Source: an uncultured Verrucomicrobiota bacterium (GTDB taxonomy: Bacteria > Verrucomicrobiota > Kiritimatiellia > RFP12 > UBA1067). Taken from it: a stretch of DNA of 59,399 nt. Below the pieces are notes generated by a model that saw nothing but the letters and a program-made list of their open reading frames with translations, had not been told where the DNA came from and made no database searches. Position numbers and translations under genes: made by a program. Below, piece after piece: positions 14,681-24,053 of the stretch. Every line of letters starts with the position of its first letter. Position 1 is the stretch's first letter. The DNA lies in contig CAMOCC010000005.1 of the NCBI GenBank assembly GCA_946610035.1, positions 1 through 59,399 on the forward strand, given 5' to 3'.

Positions 14681-17264
14681 TGATGGAGGTCGCCAGCCCT
14701 TGAAGTGGATCGTCTACAACCTCGCATTCGCGCTGGTCTTCCCGTTCCTCCTGCCCGGATTCCTCGTCCGCATGCTGCGGCGAGGGGGCTACCGGGCGAG
14801 GATGGGGGATCGGTTCGCAGTATATCCCCCTGACATCGTATCCGCCCTGGCCCGGGGCGACCGTGTATGGATCCACGCCGTCTCGGTCGGCGAGGTGCAG
14901 GTCGCGGGGCAGCTCATGCGCGACTGGCGCAAGGTAGAGCCGTCCGTCCGTTTCTGCTTCTCCACCACCAGCTCCACGGGCTGGAAGATGGCGGAGAAGG
15001 AGGTGGGGCCGGACGACGTCCTCATCTACAATCCGCTGGACTTCCCCACGTTCGTGACCGCCGCGCTGCGGACCGTCCGTCCCCGCGCGATAGTCCTCAC
15101 GGAGAGCGAGATATGGCCCGTCTTCATCCGCACGGCGAAGAAGCGCGGAATACCCCTCTTCCTTGTCAACGCCCGCGTGAGCGACAGGAGTGCGCCACGG
15201 TATGCGAAGGCGAAGTTCATCTTCAAGGACGTCTTCAGCTCCTTTACGCGCATCTTCGCACAGAGCGATCTCGACAGGGACCGCCTCCTCGCCGCCGGGG
15301 CGCCGGCGGACCGCGTGGAGGTGACGGGGAGCTTCAAGTTCGACGTCGCCCGTCGCAATCAGGTGAAGGAGGCCGAACTTCGCGACTGGATTCACGCGAA
15401 CGGACGGAAGATCCTCCTTGGCGGGTCAACATGGCCTGGCGAGGACAAGGTGCTCCTCGGCATCTACGCAAAGCTAGTCGAGAAGTCCGGCACGCCCCCG
15501 ATCCTCGTCATTGCACCGCGGCACTTCGAGAAGGCGGACGCCGTGGAGGCGAACATCCGCGAGGCCGGCTTTGACTGCATCCGCCGTTCGCGCGGTGAAT
15601 CCGCCGGCTCACCGGCCGCCGCCAGCCAGACGCCCGTCTTCCTCGCCGACACGACCGGCGAGCTGATGGGGCTATACGGTATTTCAGATTTCGTCTTCGT
15701 CGGCAAGTCGCTGTGCGAGCACGGCAGCCAGAACATGATCGAGCCGTGTCTCTGCGGGAAGCCGACCGTCGTCGGACCTTTCACCGAGAACTTCCGTCCG
15801 GTGATGAGCGACCTCCTTGCCGGCGGCGGCATAGTTCAGGTGAAGGACGCAGAAGGGCTGGAGCGGACCATCCTCGGATGGTTCAGCGACGGCGACGGCG
15901 GACTCGGCGAGCGCGCGCGCACGGCGGTTGAACGCCGCAAGGGAGTCGTGCCGAAGTGCACGGCGGCGATCAGGTCCGCGATCCCCGCCAAGGCGCCGGT
16001 CGAGAACCACACCGGAAGCCTGGGGTTGAAGTGGACGGTTGTGTTCTCCGCCTTGATTGCCGCCATCGTCGCGGGAATCGTCTTCGTCGCCGCATCCATG
16101 CACCGTCCGAAACCAGCAAGCCGCGTCGAGGGGAAGAGCGTCGCCGAGCAGCTGGCGGATATCAGGTCGGACAGGAAGAAGATGCTCAAGCCTGCGCTCC
16201 CGAAATTCGGCATCCTCCGCACGGTAGGCGCATACATCGCGATGGTGGAGCGTCCGGACGCGACGCACGTCTTCCTTGCGGACTCCGAGGCGGAGCGGTA
16301 CAAGCCGGTGTTCGAGAAGGCTGGACTTAAGTGCACGACAACGTCGGGGCTCAAGGGGGACCGCCGCTTCGACATCGTGTTTGCGGGTGCCGCGCCGAAG
16401 GACGGCGACTGGTCGAATCTCACGGAAAGGCTGAACGGACGCGGACTGCTCGCGTGTGCGCTGGACGTCCGCAAGACGACCGCCGCCGAGTTCAAGTCCG
16501 TAATGGACGGCTTCCCGTCTCCCGAGCCGCACCTCTGGATGCCTGGCGACCGCGACTGGCTCGTGACAGGGCGCGCCGAAGCGTCGCGTTTGAAGATGAG
16601 CGCTCTGCTCGACTTCTTCTCGCAGAGCGACAGGCTCATCAACGTGGACGCCGAGGAGGCGGGATGCGGGTCCGTGCAGGAGCTTTTCGCCAGCTACGTC
16701 GGGACGCGCAAGGACGTTGACCCCGCATTCGCGTCTGGCGACATGTCGGTTCTCGTCCGCCCCGAGTTCTTCCTCGCGAAGGAGATACCGGACCTCGCAT
16801 GGATCGTCCCCGACGACATGGACGAGGACATTGTTTTCTCCCTCGCTGAGCAGATACGCCGCATGCAGACGGTCCGCCGCAAGATCGTCGAAGGGTCCGT
16901 TCTCTCCGACAATGGCAAGGTGGACGACGCGATAGCGGCCTGGTCCGCCGCGAACGTCTCCAATCCGCACGACCCCATGCTCCTTGACAGGCTCTACCAG
17001 CTCGTCGTCAACGCTAGGGCCTTCATGAACTTCGGCAAGACCGCCGAGGCGGCGCAGTGCTACGACACGTATTTCGCAATCCGTCCCGAGGACCTCCCGG
17101 TCGCCGAGGAGTTCGCGAACGCCCTTGCCGCGATGCGGCGCACGGAGGAGTCGAAGAGGGTGAGGGACTACGTGGACTCGGTCCGCATCGCCGAGCGCAA
17201 GGCCGAGACCGAGAAGGTGGAGAAACTGAGAAAGGAGATGATGGAATGGAAGCAAAAGAACTGA
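14655..17264 (+). CDS. waaA: 3-deoxy-D-manno-octulosonic acid (Kdo) transferase fused to a TM segment and a ~400-aa C-terminal domain of unknown function
   Basis: The N-terminal ~430 aa carry WaaA/KdtA motifs (RVWIHAVSVGEV, ESEIWP, LLGGSTWPGE, FVGKSL). TM helix WTVVFSALIAAIVAGIVFVAA lies at about nt 16030-16090. The start is ATG 14655 (overlapping the previous gene) or TTG 14700. Confidence 0.8.
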   Translation: MSRPAPPSDDGGRQPLKWIVYNLAFALVFPFLLPGFLVRMLRRGGYRARMGDRFAVYPPDIVSALARGDRVWIHAVSVGEVQVAGQLMRDWRKVEPSVRFCFSTTSSTGWKMAEKEVGPDDVLIYNPLDFPTFVTAALRTVRPRAIVLTESEIWPVFIRTAKKRGIPLFLVNARVSDRSAPRYAKAKFIFKDVFSSFTRIFAQSDLDRDRLLAAGAPADRVEVTGSFKFDVARRNQVKEAELRDWIHANGRKILLGGSTWPGEDKVLLGIYAKLVEKSGTPPILVIAPRHFEKADAVEANIREAGFDCIRRSRGESAGSPAAASQTPVFLADTTGELMGLYGISDFVFVGKSLCEHGSQNMIEPCLCGKPTVVGPFTENFRPVMSDLLAGGGIVQVKDAEGLERTILGWFSDGDGGLGERARTAVERRKGVVPKCTAAIRSAIPAKAPVENHTGSLGLKWTVVFSALIAAIVAGIVFVAASMHRPKPASRVEGKSVAEQLADIRSDRKKMLKPALPKFGILRTVGAYIAMVERPDATHVFLADSEAERYKPVFEKAGLKCTTTSGLKGDRRFDIVFAGAAPKDGDWSNLTERLNGRGLLACALDVRKTTAAEFKSVMDGFPSPEPHLWMPGDRDWLVTGRAEASRLKMSALLDFFSQSDRLINVDAEEAGCGSVQELFASYVGTRKDVDPAFASGDMSVLVRPEFFLAKEIPDLAWIVPDDMDEDIVFSLAEQIRRMQTVRRKIVEGSVLSDNGKVDDAIAAWSAANVSNPHDPMLLDRLYQLVVNARAFMNFGKTAEAAQCYDTYFAIRPEDLPVAEEFANALAAMRRTEESKRVRDYVDSVRIAERKAETEKVEKLRKEMMEWKQKN

Positions 17265-17962
17265 AGATACTTGCATCGTCGCTCTGCTGCGCGCTCCTCG
17301 CCGGATGCTTCACGGTGTCCCAGACGGAATACCCGAGCGTCGCGAACGTGAAGGCGCCGGAGAATGCCGGGGCCATCGCGCTTTCTGGCTTCGAGGCGAC
17401 CGTCACCTCCTACGTCCCGATCTACGGCTATGCTACGGTGTGGCGCTCCGATCCGGGCTATTACCGGCATGGACGCTACCATTACGGACGGAGCTATCCG
17501 GAGACGGTGTCTACTACGACGTACCTGCCTCAGACGGACATCACAACGGCCTACGCCGAGAAGGCCCAGGACGCGTTCGAGTCCGCCGGATTCATCGTCG
17601 GCGCCTCCAACGCGACGCACATAGTGGACGTCAAGTTCTCGGGTCCGGCGGTGACGGACGGCGACCGCTTCGCCGAGTTCGCGACGCTTGTGCTGACGCT
17701 GTTGACCGCGGACAGGACGGACGAGGTATGGTCGGCGAGGATGAAGATAACGGACTGCGCATCGGGCAAGGTCGTGTTCTCCCGTGTCTACGAGCAGGAC
17801 TACAGCGCCGTCTCGTGGGGGCTCGTCCCGCTGTTCGGCCCGCTTTCGGCCGACGCCGTGCAGAGTTCGTACAGCAAGAACTGGTGCCTCTCGGCGCTTA
17901 CCGACCGCGCGGTCGCCGATGCGACGGCGTTCCTTGCGGCTGGAGGGGACGGGCAAAGGTGA
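17246..17962 (+). CDS. Hypothetical lipoprotein
   Basis: ATG 17246 with SD AAAGGAG. Lipobox in SSLCCALLAGC. Overlaps the waaA stop by 19 nt. Confidence 0.65.
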   Translation: MEAKELKILASSLCCALLAGCFTVSQTEYPSVANVKAPENAGAIALSGFEATVTSYVPIYGYATVWRSDPGYYRHGRYHYGRSYPETVSTTTYLPQTDITTAYAEKAQDAFESAGFIVGASNATHIVDVKFSGPAVTDGDRFAEFATLVLTLLTADRTDEVWSARMKITDCASGKVVFSRVYEQDYSAVSWGLVPLFGPLSADAVQSSYSKNWCLSALTDRAVADATAFLAAGGDGQR

Positions 17963-17987
17963 TTTGACACAAAACAAGGAGCCACAA

Positions 17988-18668
17988 ATGAACTATCTGG
18001 TAAAAGCGACACTTGGTGCGGCGTTGGCAGTCGCCGCCGTCGGCGCGGGATACGCAGCGGACGCAGGAAAGGCGGACGGAACTGCCGACGCGAAGGCGGC
18101 GGAGGCGGCGCCTGCAAAGAGGAAGAAACTGCCGCGCAAGGATCCGATGTACGCGAACATCACGCGCGCCGCGAACATCGCCAAGCAGTGCGAGCAGCCG
18201 ATTCTCGCCATCGTCGACCTAAAGGACGACGACGTCTGCCGCAAGGTCAAGCACGTCACTCTCGGCAACAGGCAGTTCAAGGAGCTGATGATGCCGAACT
18301 TCGTCGTCTTCCGCATCGAAATCCCGCCGAAGCGCGGTTCGCGCGGACAGCGTCCCGCCAAGGGCGCCGTCGTGCAGCCGGACTACGACGCGCTGGACAA
18401 GGAGGAGCGCGTCATCGTAGACAGGATCATCGGCAACAACAGGGCGCCCTCGTTCCCGCAGGTGGCGCTCCTATCGTCCGACGGCGCCAGGGTGCTCGAC
18501 CAGATCCTGCTCCTGCCGGACGAGCTGTCCTTCACGGGATTCATCGACAGTCTTCGCGAGAAGTTCACGAAGAACAAGTTCGAGCTTGAGATAACGAAGA
18601 ACGTCCAGAAGGAGCTGGACAGGGAGGCCAAGGAGAAGGCGGCCCTTGAAAAGCGCAAGAGGAAGTAA
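17988..18668 (+). CDS. Hypothetical secreted protein (possible thioredoxin-like fold without CxxC; Lys/Glu-rich tail)
   Basis: ATG 17988 with SD AAGGAG and signal peptide MNYLVKATLGAALAVAAVGAGYA. The fold suggestion is a weak impression only. Confidence 0.6.
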   Translation: MNYLVKATLGAALAVAAVGAGYAADAGKADGTADAKAAEAAPAKRKKLPRKDPMYANITRAANIAKQCEQPILAIVDLKDDDVCRKVKHVTLGNRQFKELMMPNFVVFRIEIPPKRGSRGQRPAKGAVVQPDYDALDKEERVIVDRIIGNNRAPSFPQVALLSSDGARVLDQILLLPDELSFTGFIDSLREKFTKNKFELEITKNVQKELDREAKEKAALEKRKRK

Positions 18669-18680
18669 TCCGCTTACAAC

Positions 18681-19127
18681 ATGAAAGGAACAAGCATGAA
18701 AAACGAAACAAAGGAAAACGTTGTCGCGTCCGCAATGCGCCGCGGCTTCACCCTCGTCGAGCTGCTCGTCGTGGTGGCCATCCTCGGCATCCTCGCCACC
18801 ATGGCCGTCGTCAACGTCACGGGCAAGATCGACGGAACGCGCATCACCACATGCGAGTCGTCGGTGGATGCGATCAAGAACGCATGCGTCCCCTACGAGG
18901 CCAAGCACGGCAAGCTGCCGCGCTCGATGGACGATCTGTGCGCCGAGGATGCAGACGGAGTCTCCGAGATCGAGGAGAAGAACAGGTACGACCCGTGGGA
19001 CAACGAGTACAAGATCGAGATCAAGGGCAAGAAGGTCATCGTCATCTCCGCCGGACCCGACGGCGAGTTCGGCACCGAGGACGACATCCGCAGCGACCGC
19101 AAGCGCAAGCCGAAGTCCGAGGCCTGA
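18681..19127 (+). CDS. gspG: Type II secretion major pseudopilin GspG-like
   Basis: Prepilin motif RRGFTLVELLVVVAILGILA and C-terminal T2SS-G motif DPWDNEYKIEIKGKKVIVISAGPDGEFGTEDDI. The alternative start ATG 18696 has the better SD. Confidence 0.85.
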   Translation: MKGTSMKNETKENVVASAMRRGFTLVELLVVVAILGILATMAVVNVTGKIDGTRITTCESSVDAIKNACVPYEAKHGKLPRSMDDLCAEDADGVSEIEEKNRYDPWDNEYKIEIKGKKVIVISAGPDGEFGTEDDIRSDRKRKPKSEA

Positions 19128-19153
19128 GCAACGAACGGACATCACGGTCCGCA

Positions 19154-20005
19154 ATGCTTCGCAGAGCCTTCACTCTCATAGAGCTGTTGGTCGTCATCGC
19201 CATAATAGGGACGATGACGACCTTGGCCGTTGTTTCGCTCGCGGGCGGCAGGTCGGCTGCCAGGCTGAAGGGGAGCGTCCGGGACGTCTTCGCGACGATA
19301 CGACTGGCGCGGTCGATGGCGCTTGTCACGCAGAAGCCGTGCATCGTCACGTTCTCGACGCAGGTTGCGGACGACACATGCCAGTCGAGCGCGCTCATAA
19401 CGTCCGCCGAGCTTCTAAAGTCGCGCGATTCGGCCGTCAGGGCGAGGTCGCTGGGAGGCGAGTGGATCACCCTTGGCGAGGAGGACGAGCCCGAGCCGCC
19501 TGCGGGGTCCGGACGCCAGCAGCAGCGAGACAAGGAGTCCGGCGAATCCGCATCGTCCGACGAGGGCGGTGGCCAGACCGTGGAGGAGATTCTCTTCGAG
19601 CCGGCGTCCGAGGAGGTCTTCAAGGACATCTGCCTCAAGGTGGTGATGGACGACGAGGTCCTTGAAACGGCGCCGGGCGACGTGGACGAGGCGAAGCGGT
19701 CGATGATCTCCACGTTCTCGAACGTCGACTACATCCTCGGCAAGTACGAGGAGCAGCGGACGAAGAGGAAAGACGAGGCGGAGGGCGAGGCGGCGAAGGA
19801 CCAGGAGCGGGAGAAGCCGTCCGGCAAGGCGCCGGCGAAGGCGGAGTCCGAGGAGCGTTCGCTCGTCTGGCAGGTGAACGGCAGGTGCGACGCCCATCGG
19901 ATATACGTGTACAGGCTGGGCGGGACGCCCGAGGACGGATGGGTCGTCCGCGTGGACAAGTTCGGCGCCGCGAAGATATTCGCGCCCGGGGAGGCTGAGG
20001 AATGA
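19154..20005 (+). CDS. gspH: Minor pseudopilin, GspH-like, with long acidic insertion
   Basis: RRAFTLIELLVVIAIIGTMTTLAVVSL plus SAARLKGSVRDVFATIRLARSMAL. At 283 aa it exceeds the usual ~170 because of a D/E/K-rich central region. Confidence 0.65.
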   Translation: MLRRAFTLIELLVVIAIIGTMTTLAVVSLAGGRSAARLKGSVRDVFATIRLARSMALVTQKPCIVTFSTQVADDTCQSSALITSAELLKSRDSAVRARSLGGEWITLGEEDEPEPPAGSGRQQQRDKESGESASSDEGGGQTVEEILFEPASEEVFKDICLKVVMDDEVLETAPGDVDEAKRSMISTFSNVDYILGKYEEQRTKRKDEAEGEAAKDQEREKPSGKAPAKAESEERSLVWQVNGRCDAHRIYVYRLGGTPEDGWVVRVDKFGAAKIFAPGEAEE

Positions 20006-20448
20006 GAAGGGGATTTACGCTCATCGAGGTCCTCATAGCGGCGATTATACTCGCTCTCGGCGCGACGTCGCTTTTGACGTCCATGAGCCAGGCGCAGAGG
20101 ATGATGCTACAGTCGACGAACTTCGAGACGTCGCAGGAGGTCATGGACCTCGGCGAGATGGCGTATCCGATAGACGACGTCAAGGAGGAGGACGAACTCG
20201 ACGTTCAGGAGACGAAGGCCACGGAGCTTTGGGAGATGATTTCCGAAGAGAAGCTGTCCAACGAGCAGGAGGAGAAGTTCCACACATACACATGGGAGCG
20301 CGAGTGCCTCAACAAGAACGACAGCCAGGATGACATCGACAGGCTTGGCGGGCTCTACATCGTTCGCATAACGGTCCGCTGGGGCGACCGCTACCGCGAC
20401 CACGGCGACAGCGAGAGCTACATAACATTCTGGAGGAAGCCGAAGTGA
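20002..20448 (+). CDS. gspI: Minor pseudopilin, GspI-like
   Basis: MRRGFTLIEVLIAAIILALGATSLL. ATGA overlap with the upstream gene. Assignment rests on position in the G-H-I-J-K order. Confidence 0.6.
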   Translation: MRRGFTLIEVLIAAIILALGATSLLTSMSQAQRMMLQSTNFETSQEVMDLGEMAYPIDDVKEEDELDVQETKATELWEMISEEKLSNEQEEKFHTYTWERECLNKNDSQDDIDRLGGLYIVRITVRWGDRYRDHGDSESYITFWRKPK

Positions 20449-21425
20449 AGCGCCGCGCATTCACAATGGTCGAACTCCTCGTCGCCATGCTGATACTCGG
20501 CGTGGTGACGGCGCTTGCAACGCTGACGTTCAACGCAATCACGAGGGCGTGGACGGTTTCGACGGAGTACATGGACAAGATGCAGCGCTGCGACTACGCG
20601 CTCGAGCAGGTCGTGAGCGGCCTGAAGAGCATGTACTACCCGCACGCCGGCGAGCAGAGCTACACATACGGCTTCTACCTTACGGACAACGGGGACGGCA
20701 AGGACGAGCGCAATTCGGACGTCATCGAGTGGGCGAAGACTGGGACGGCGATCGTGGGCAACCAGAACGCCTCAGTGGACACCGTCCACCGCGTCCAGCT
20801 CATGATCCTGGAGGAGGGCAACCGCGACTACAAGGACGAGATCCCCGTCACCGGACTCTACGCGCGAATGTGTCCGGACCCCGCGCTGCGTCCCAAGAAG
20901 GAGTTGAACGCCGACGAGACGGACTACTCGTTCTCGAACTTGGACATGTACCAGCCGATCCTCGTGGTGGACGGCATAGTCGGAATGAACTGCCGCGTCA
21001 TGAAGGATGCCGATTCGGCGGATGCGGACGCCAGCAAGGCGAAGTTCGAGGACGAATGGGACACCTCCAACGCCGTTCCCTACAAGGTCGAACTGACGTT
21101 CTGGATCGTCGATCCCGAGGGTAAGAGCTACCGCACGAACACTGCGCCGCTCATGCGCATTGTAAAGATACCTGTCTTCGAGCAGGCCAAGGACGGAGCA
21201 CAGCTTCCGAGCGAACAGACCGCGAACGGTCCGCGCAGAAGCGGCGGCAGGGGAGGCGGCAACACCGACGCGGGCGGCACGGGAGGTCCGGGCGGCGGCG
21301 GACGCGGAGGTGGCCGTGGCGGACCTGGCGGTGGCCCTGGTGGCAGTCGAGGCGGCGGAGGCGGCCCTGGTGGTGGCGCAACTGGGGGCGGTCCTGGTGG
21401 TGGCCCCGGAGGAGGTCCGAGATGA
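20445..21425 (+). CDS. gspJ: Minor pseudopilin, GspJ-like, with ~75-aa Gly/Arg/Pro-rich C-terminal tail
   Basis: KRRAFTMVELLVAMLILGVVTALATL. The tail reads GGRGGGNTDAGGTGGPGGGGRGGGRGGPGGGPGGSRGGGGGPGGGATGGGPGGGPGGGPR. Start and stop overlap the flanking genes. Confidence 0.6.
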   Translation: MKRRAFTMVELLVAMLILGVVTALATLTFNAITRAWTVSTEYMDKMQRCDYALEQVVSGLKSMYYPHAGEQSYTYGFYLTDNGDGKDERNSDVIEWAKTGTAIVGNQNASVDTVHRVQLMILEEGNRDYKDEIPVTGLYARMCPDPALRPKKELNADETDYSFSNLDMYQPILVVDGIVGMNCRVMKDADSADADASKAKFEDEWDTSNAVPYKVELTFWIVDPEGKSYRTNTAPLMRIVKIPVFEQAKDGAQLPSEQTANGPRRSGGRGGGNTDAGGTGGPGGGGRGGGRGGPGGGPGGSRGGGGGPGGGATGGGPGGGPGGGPR

Positions 21426-22693
21426 AGCGCGGCAGTGCATTGGTCCTCGCCTTGTGGACGATCGCGGTTCTGGCCGTGATGGTGCTGTCGTTCGCCTACG
21501 AGGCCCGCCAGCAGACAGGCATCAACATCTATGTGAAGCACCGCAACAGGACGGCGCATCTGATCGACGCGGGCAAGATTCTGGCAGAGGTCGTGCTGCT
21601 CGACTACAAGAACGTTGCCGACTGGTCCGAAGACCAGGACGACGCCAAAATGCTTGAGGACGACGCATGGTACAAGGAGAAGCAGGACTTGAAGACCTCG
21701 TCCACGTGCACGATAGGTCCAGTCTACCTCGACGAGGAGAAACCCGAGGACTCGCTCGTGACAATCACGATCGAGACGTCGAATTCCGGCTCGAAGGGCG
21801 TCATCAACATCAATGAACTCTATCAGGGCGAAGGGTCGGGGACGGATGCGAACGTCAACGAGCGCTGGTGGATGATCTTCCGGTCGCACAACATCCCCGA
21901 GGAGCTTTCCACCCCGAAGGAAGGCAAGATCAACCTCTGGAACGTGCTCATCGCCTCATGGAAGGACTGGCGTGATGCGGACGACGTGGTGACGACGATC
22001 GACGAGGAGGAGTGCGGCGCGGAGAACGAATGGTACGAGGAGCTCGAGAAGGACTACAAGCACCTCGACGACGACGAGATCGACGAGATAAGGAGGCGTC
22101 CGAGGAACGGTCCGATCCCAGACGTGAAGGAGCTTTCCTACGTGCGCGGCTTCCGCGACTATCCGGCGGTGTTGACGGGCGGCGTGATCAATCCGTGGGC
22201 CGAGGAGGAGGAGCAGATACGCGTGAAGGGCATAATGGACCTCTTCTGCACGGAGGGTTCCAAGAAGATAAACGTCAACAACTGCAACAGCATCGACGCG
22301 CTCATAACGATTCCGGGCATCTACGACAAGTCGCAGATCGACAAGGACGACGTGCTGGACGAGGCGAAGGAGGTTGCGCAGGCCATCCTCGCTGCGCTTG
22401 CCACCGAGCCCGAGGACCAGGAAGTGGACTCCACGCGCAGCTCCTGGCCGTTCAAGGACTGGAGCGACATGCTTACGCGCGTCGACGACATGCGCGAAGG
22501 GAATGTGAGCTCCACGGACATCGGCAGCGAGGCGAAGGATTACCTCGCATTCCAGGCGGAGGAGGATTCCGTCTTCAAGGTGAAGATAGTTGCGGAGTCC
22601 GGCAGCATGCGCCGTGCGGTCGAGGCGCAGTGCTATGTGAAGGACGGAAAGGTTCGGTATGTGAAGTGGACCGAGAACGCCGCCACCGACTGA
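21422..22693 (+). CDS. gspK: Minor pseudopilin GspK-like
   Basis: MKRGSALVLALWTIAVLAVMVLSFAYEA is the GspK-type non-cleaved N-terminus. Size (423 aa) and position fit. Confidence 0.6.
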   Translation: MKRGSALVLALWTIAVLAVMVLSFAYEARQQTGINIYVKHRNRTAHLIDAGKILAEVVLLDYKNVADWSEDQDDAKMLEDDAWYKEKQDLKTSSTCTIGPVYLDEEKPEDSLVTITIETSNSGSKGVININELYQGEGSGTDANVNERWWMIFRSHNIPEELSTPKEGKINLWNVLIASWKDWRDADDVVTTIDEEECGAENEWYEELEKDYKHLDDDEIDEIRRRPRNGPIPDVKELSYVRGFRDYPAVLTGGVINPWAEEEEQIRVKGIMDLFCTEGSKKINVNNCNSIDALITIPGIYDKSQIDKDDVLDEAKEVAQAILAALATEPEDQEVDSTRSSWPFKDWSDMLTRVDDMREGNVSSTDIGSEAKDYLAFQAEEDSVFKVKIVAESGSMRRAVEAQCYVKDGKVRYVKWTENAATD

Positions 22694-22750
22694 CACGTTG
22701 CACGTTGCGGATCATCGGAGCAAATCGGATGCCACTTTCGCCGCGTTTTT

Positions 22751-22759
22751 TGGTATAAT
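22751..22759 (+). promoter_or_regulatory. Extended -10 promoter element (TGGTATAAT) only 8 nt from the tyrS ATG (leaderless arrangement)
   Basis: Motif read directly. ATG is at 22768 with no room for an SD. Confidence 0.55.
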
Positions 22760-22767
22760 ATTCGCCT

Positions 22768-24033
22768 ATGAAGCTAATAGAAGAATTGAAGGCGCGCGGA
22801 CTCGTCGAAGCGCTCACGGACCCGGAAATCGAGAAGGCTCTCGAGAGCCCGACCACCGTGTACTGCGGTTTCGACCCGTCGGCACGCAGCCTCCAGGCAG
22901 GCAACCTCGTATCGATAATGGTCCTCAAGCGCTTCCAGCAGGCCGGCCACAAGGTGATCGCCCTCGTCGGCGGCGCGACGGGACTCATCGGCGATCCGTC
23001 CGGGAAGTCCGCCGAACGCAACATGCTCACGGTCGAGCAGGTCGAGGAGAACAAGAAGGGCATACGCGAGAACCTCTCGAGGATACTCGATTTCGACGGA
23101 CCCAACGCCGCCGTCATGGTGGACAACTACGACTGGTACAAGGGAACCTCGGCGATCGAGTTCCTGAGGGACATCGCAATCAACTTCCGCGTCCCCCAGA
23201 TGCTCGCCAAGGAGTCCGTCAAGAAGCGCCTCGAGGCCAGCGAGGGCGCGCTCACCTTCACGGAGTTCTCCTACCAGATCCTCCAGGGCAACGACTTCCT
23301 CCACCTCTACGACAACTTCGGCTGCACGCTCGAAGTCGGCGGGGCGGACCAGTGGGGCAACATCACGGCGGGAACCGACCTCGTCCACAGGATGCGCGGC
23401 AAGACGGCCTTCGGCCTCACGTTCCCGCTCCTCCTCGACTCGACCGGAAAGAAGTTCGGCAAGTCCGAGGGCAACGCTCTCTTCCTCAACGGCGAGATGA
23501 CAAGCGTCTACGACTGGTACCAGTACTTCCTCAGGGCGGCGGATGCGGACGTCATACGCTACCTCAAGGTCTTCTCGCTCAGGAGCCTCGAGGAGATTGC
23601 GGACCTCGAACGCCAGATGAAGGCGAACCCCGAGGCGCGCATTCCGCAGAAGGCGCTCGCCGAGGAGCTGACCCTCCTGGTGCACGGCGAGGCCGGGCTC
23701 AAGACCGCGCTCGGCGCGACGCAGACGCTCTTCGGCGGAGACGTCGCGGGCAAGAGCGCGGCGGAGCTGGAGTCGATATTCAAGGACGTGAAGTCTGCGG
23801 AGCTTGCGGAGTCCGACATCGTCGGCAAGCAGGTTTACGCAGTCGCCGCATCCGCCGGGATGTTCAAGTCCAACGGCGAGGCGCGCAGGATGGCCGCGCA
23901 GGGCGGGCTCTCCCTCAACGGAGCGAAGGTGGACGACAAGCGCGTCTTCGAGTCCGCAGACCTCATCGAGGGCAAGGTCGCAATCCTTCGCCAGGGCAAG
24001 AAGAACAACTTCCTCCTGAAGGTCCGCGCCTGA
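22768..24033 (+). CDS. tyrS: Tyrosine--tRNA ligase
   Basis: YCGFDPSARSLQAGNL (HIGH-region variant), GGADQWGNI, KFGKSEG (KMSKS variant) and a C-terminal S4-like domain. Confidence 0.93.
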   Translation: MKLIEELKARGLVEALTDPEIEKALESPTTVYCGFDPSARSLQAGNLVSIMVLKRFQQAGHKVIALVGGATGLIGDPSGKSAERNMLTVEQVEENKKGIRENLSRILDFDGPNAAVMVDNYDWYKGTSAIEFLRDIAINFRVPQMLAKESVKKRLEASEGALTFTEFSYQILQGNDFLHLYDNFGCTLEVGGADQWGNITAGTDLVHRMRGKTAFGLTFPLLLDSTGKKFGKSEGNALFLNGEMTSVYDWYQYFLRAADADVIRYLKVFSLRSLEEIADLERQMKANPEARIPQKALAEELTLLVHGEAGLKTALGATQTLFGGDVAGKSAAELESIFKDVKSAELAESDIVGKQVYAVAASAGMFKSNGEARRMAAQGGLSLNGAKVDDKRVFESADLIEGKVAILRQGKKNNFLLKVRA

Positions 24034-24053
24034 ACGCCGAGTGGAGGGAACCC

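Noticed and set aside
21230-21420. GGN-rich DNA as a non-coding tandem repeat or VNTR
   Set aside because: It stays in frame with the GspJ-like ORF and runs into the ATGA overlap with the next gene, so it is coding low-complexity sequence. It is discussed under the pseudopilin finding.
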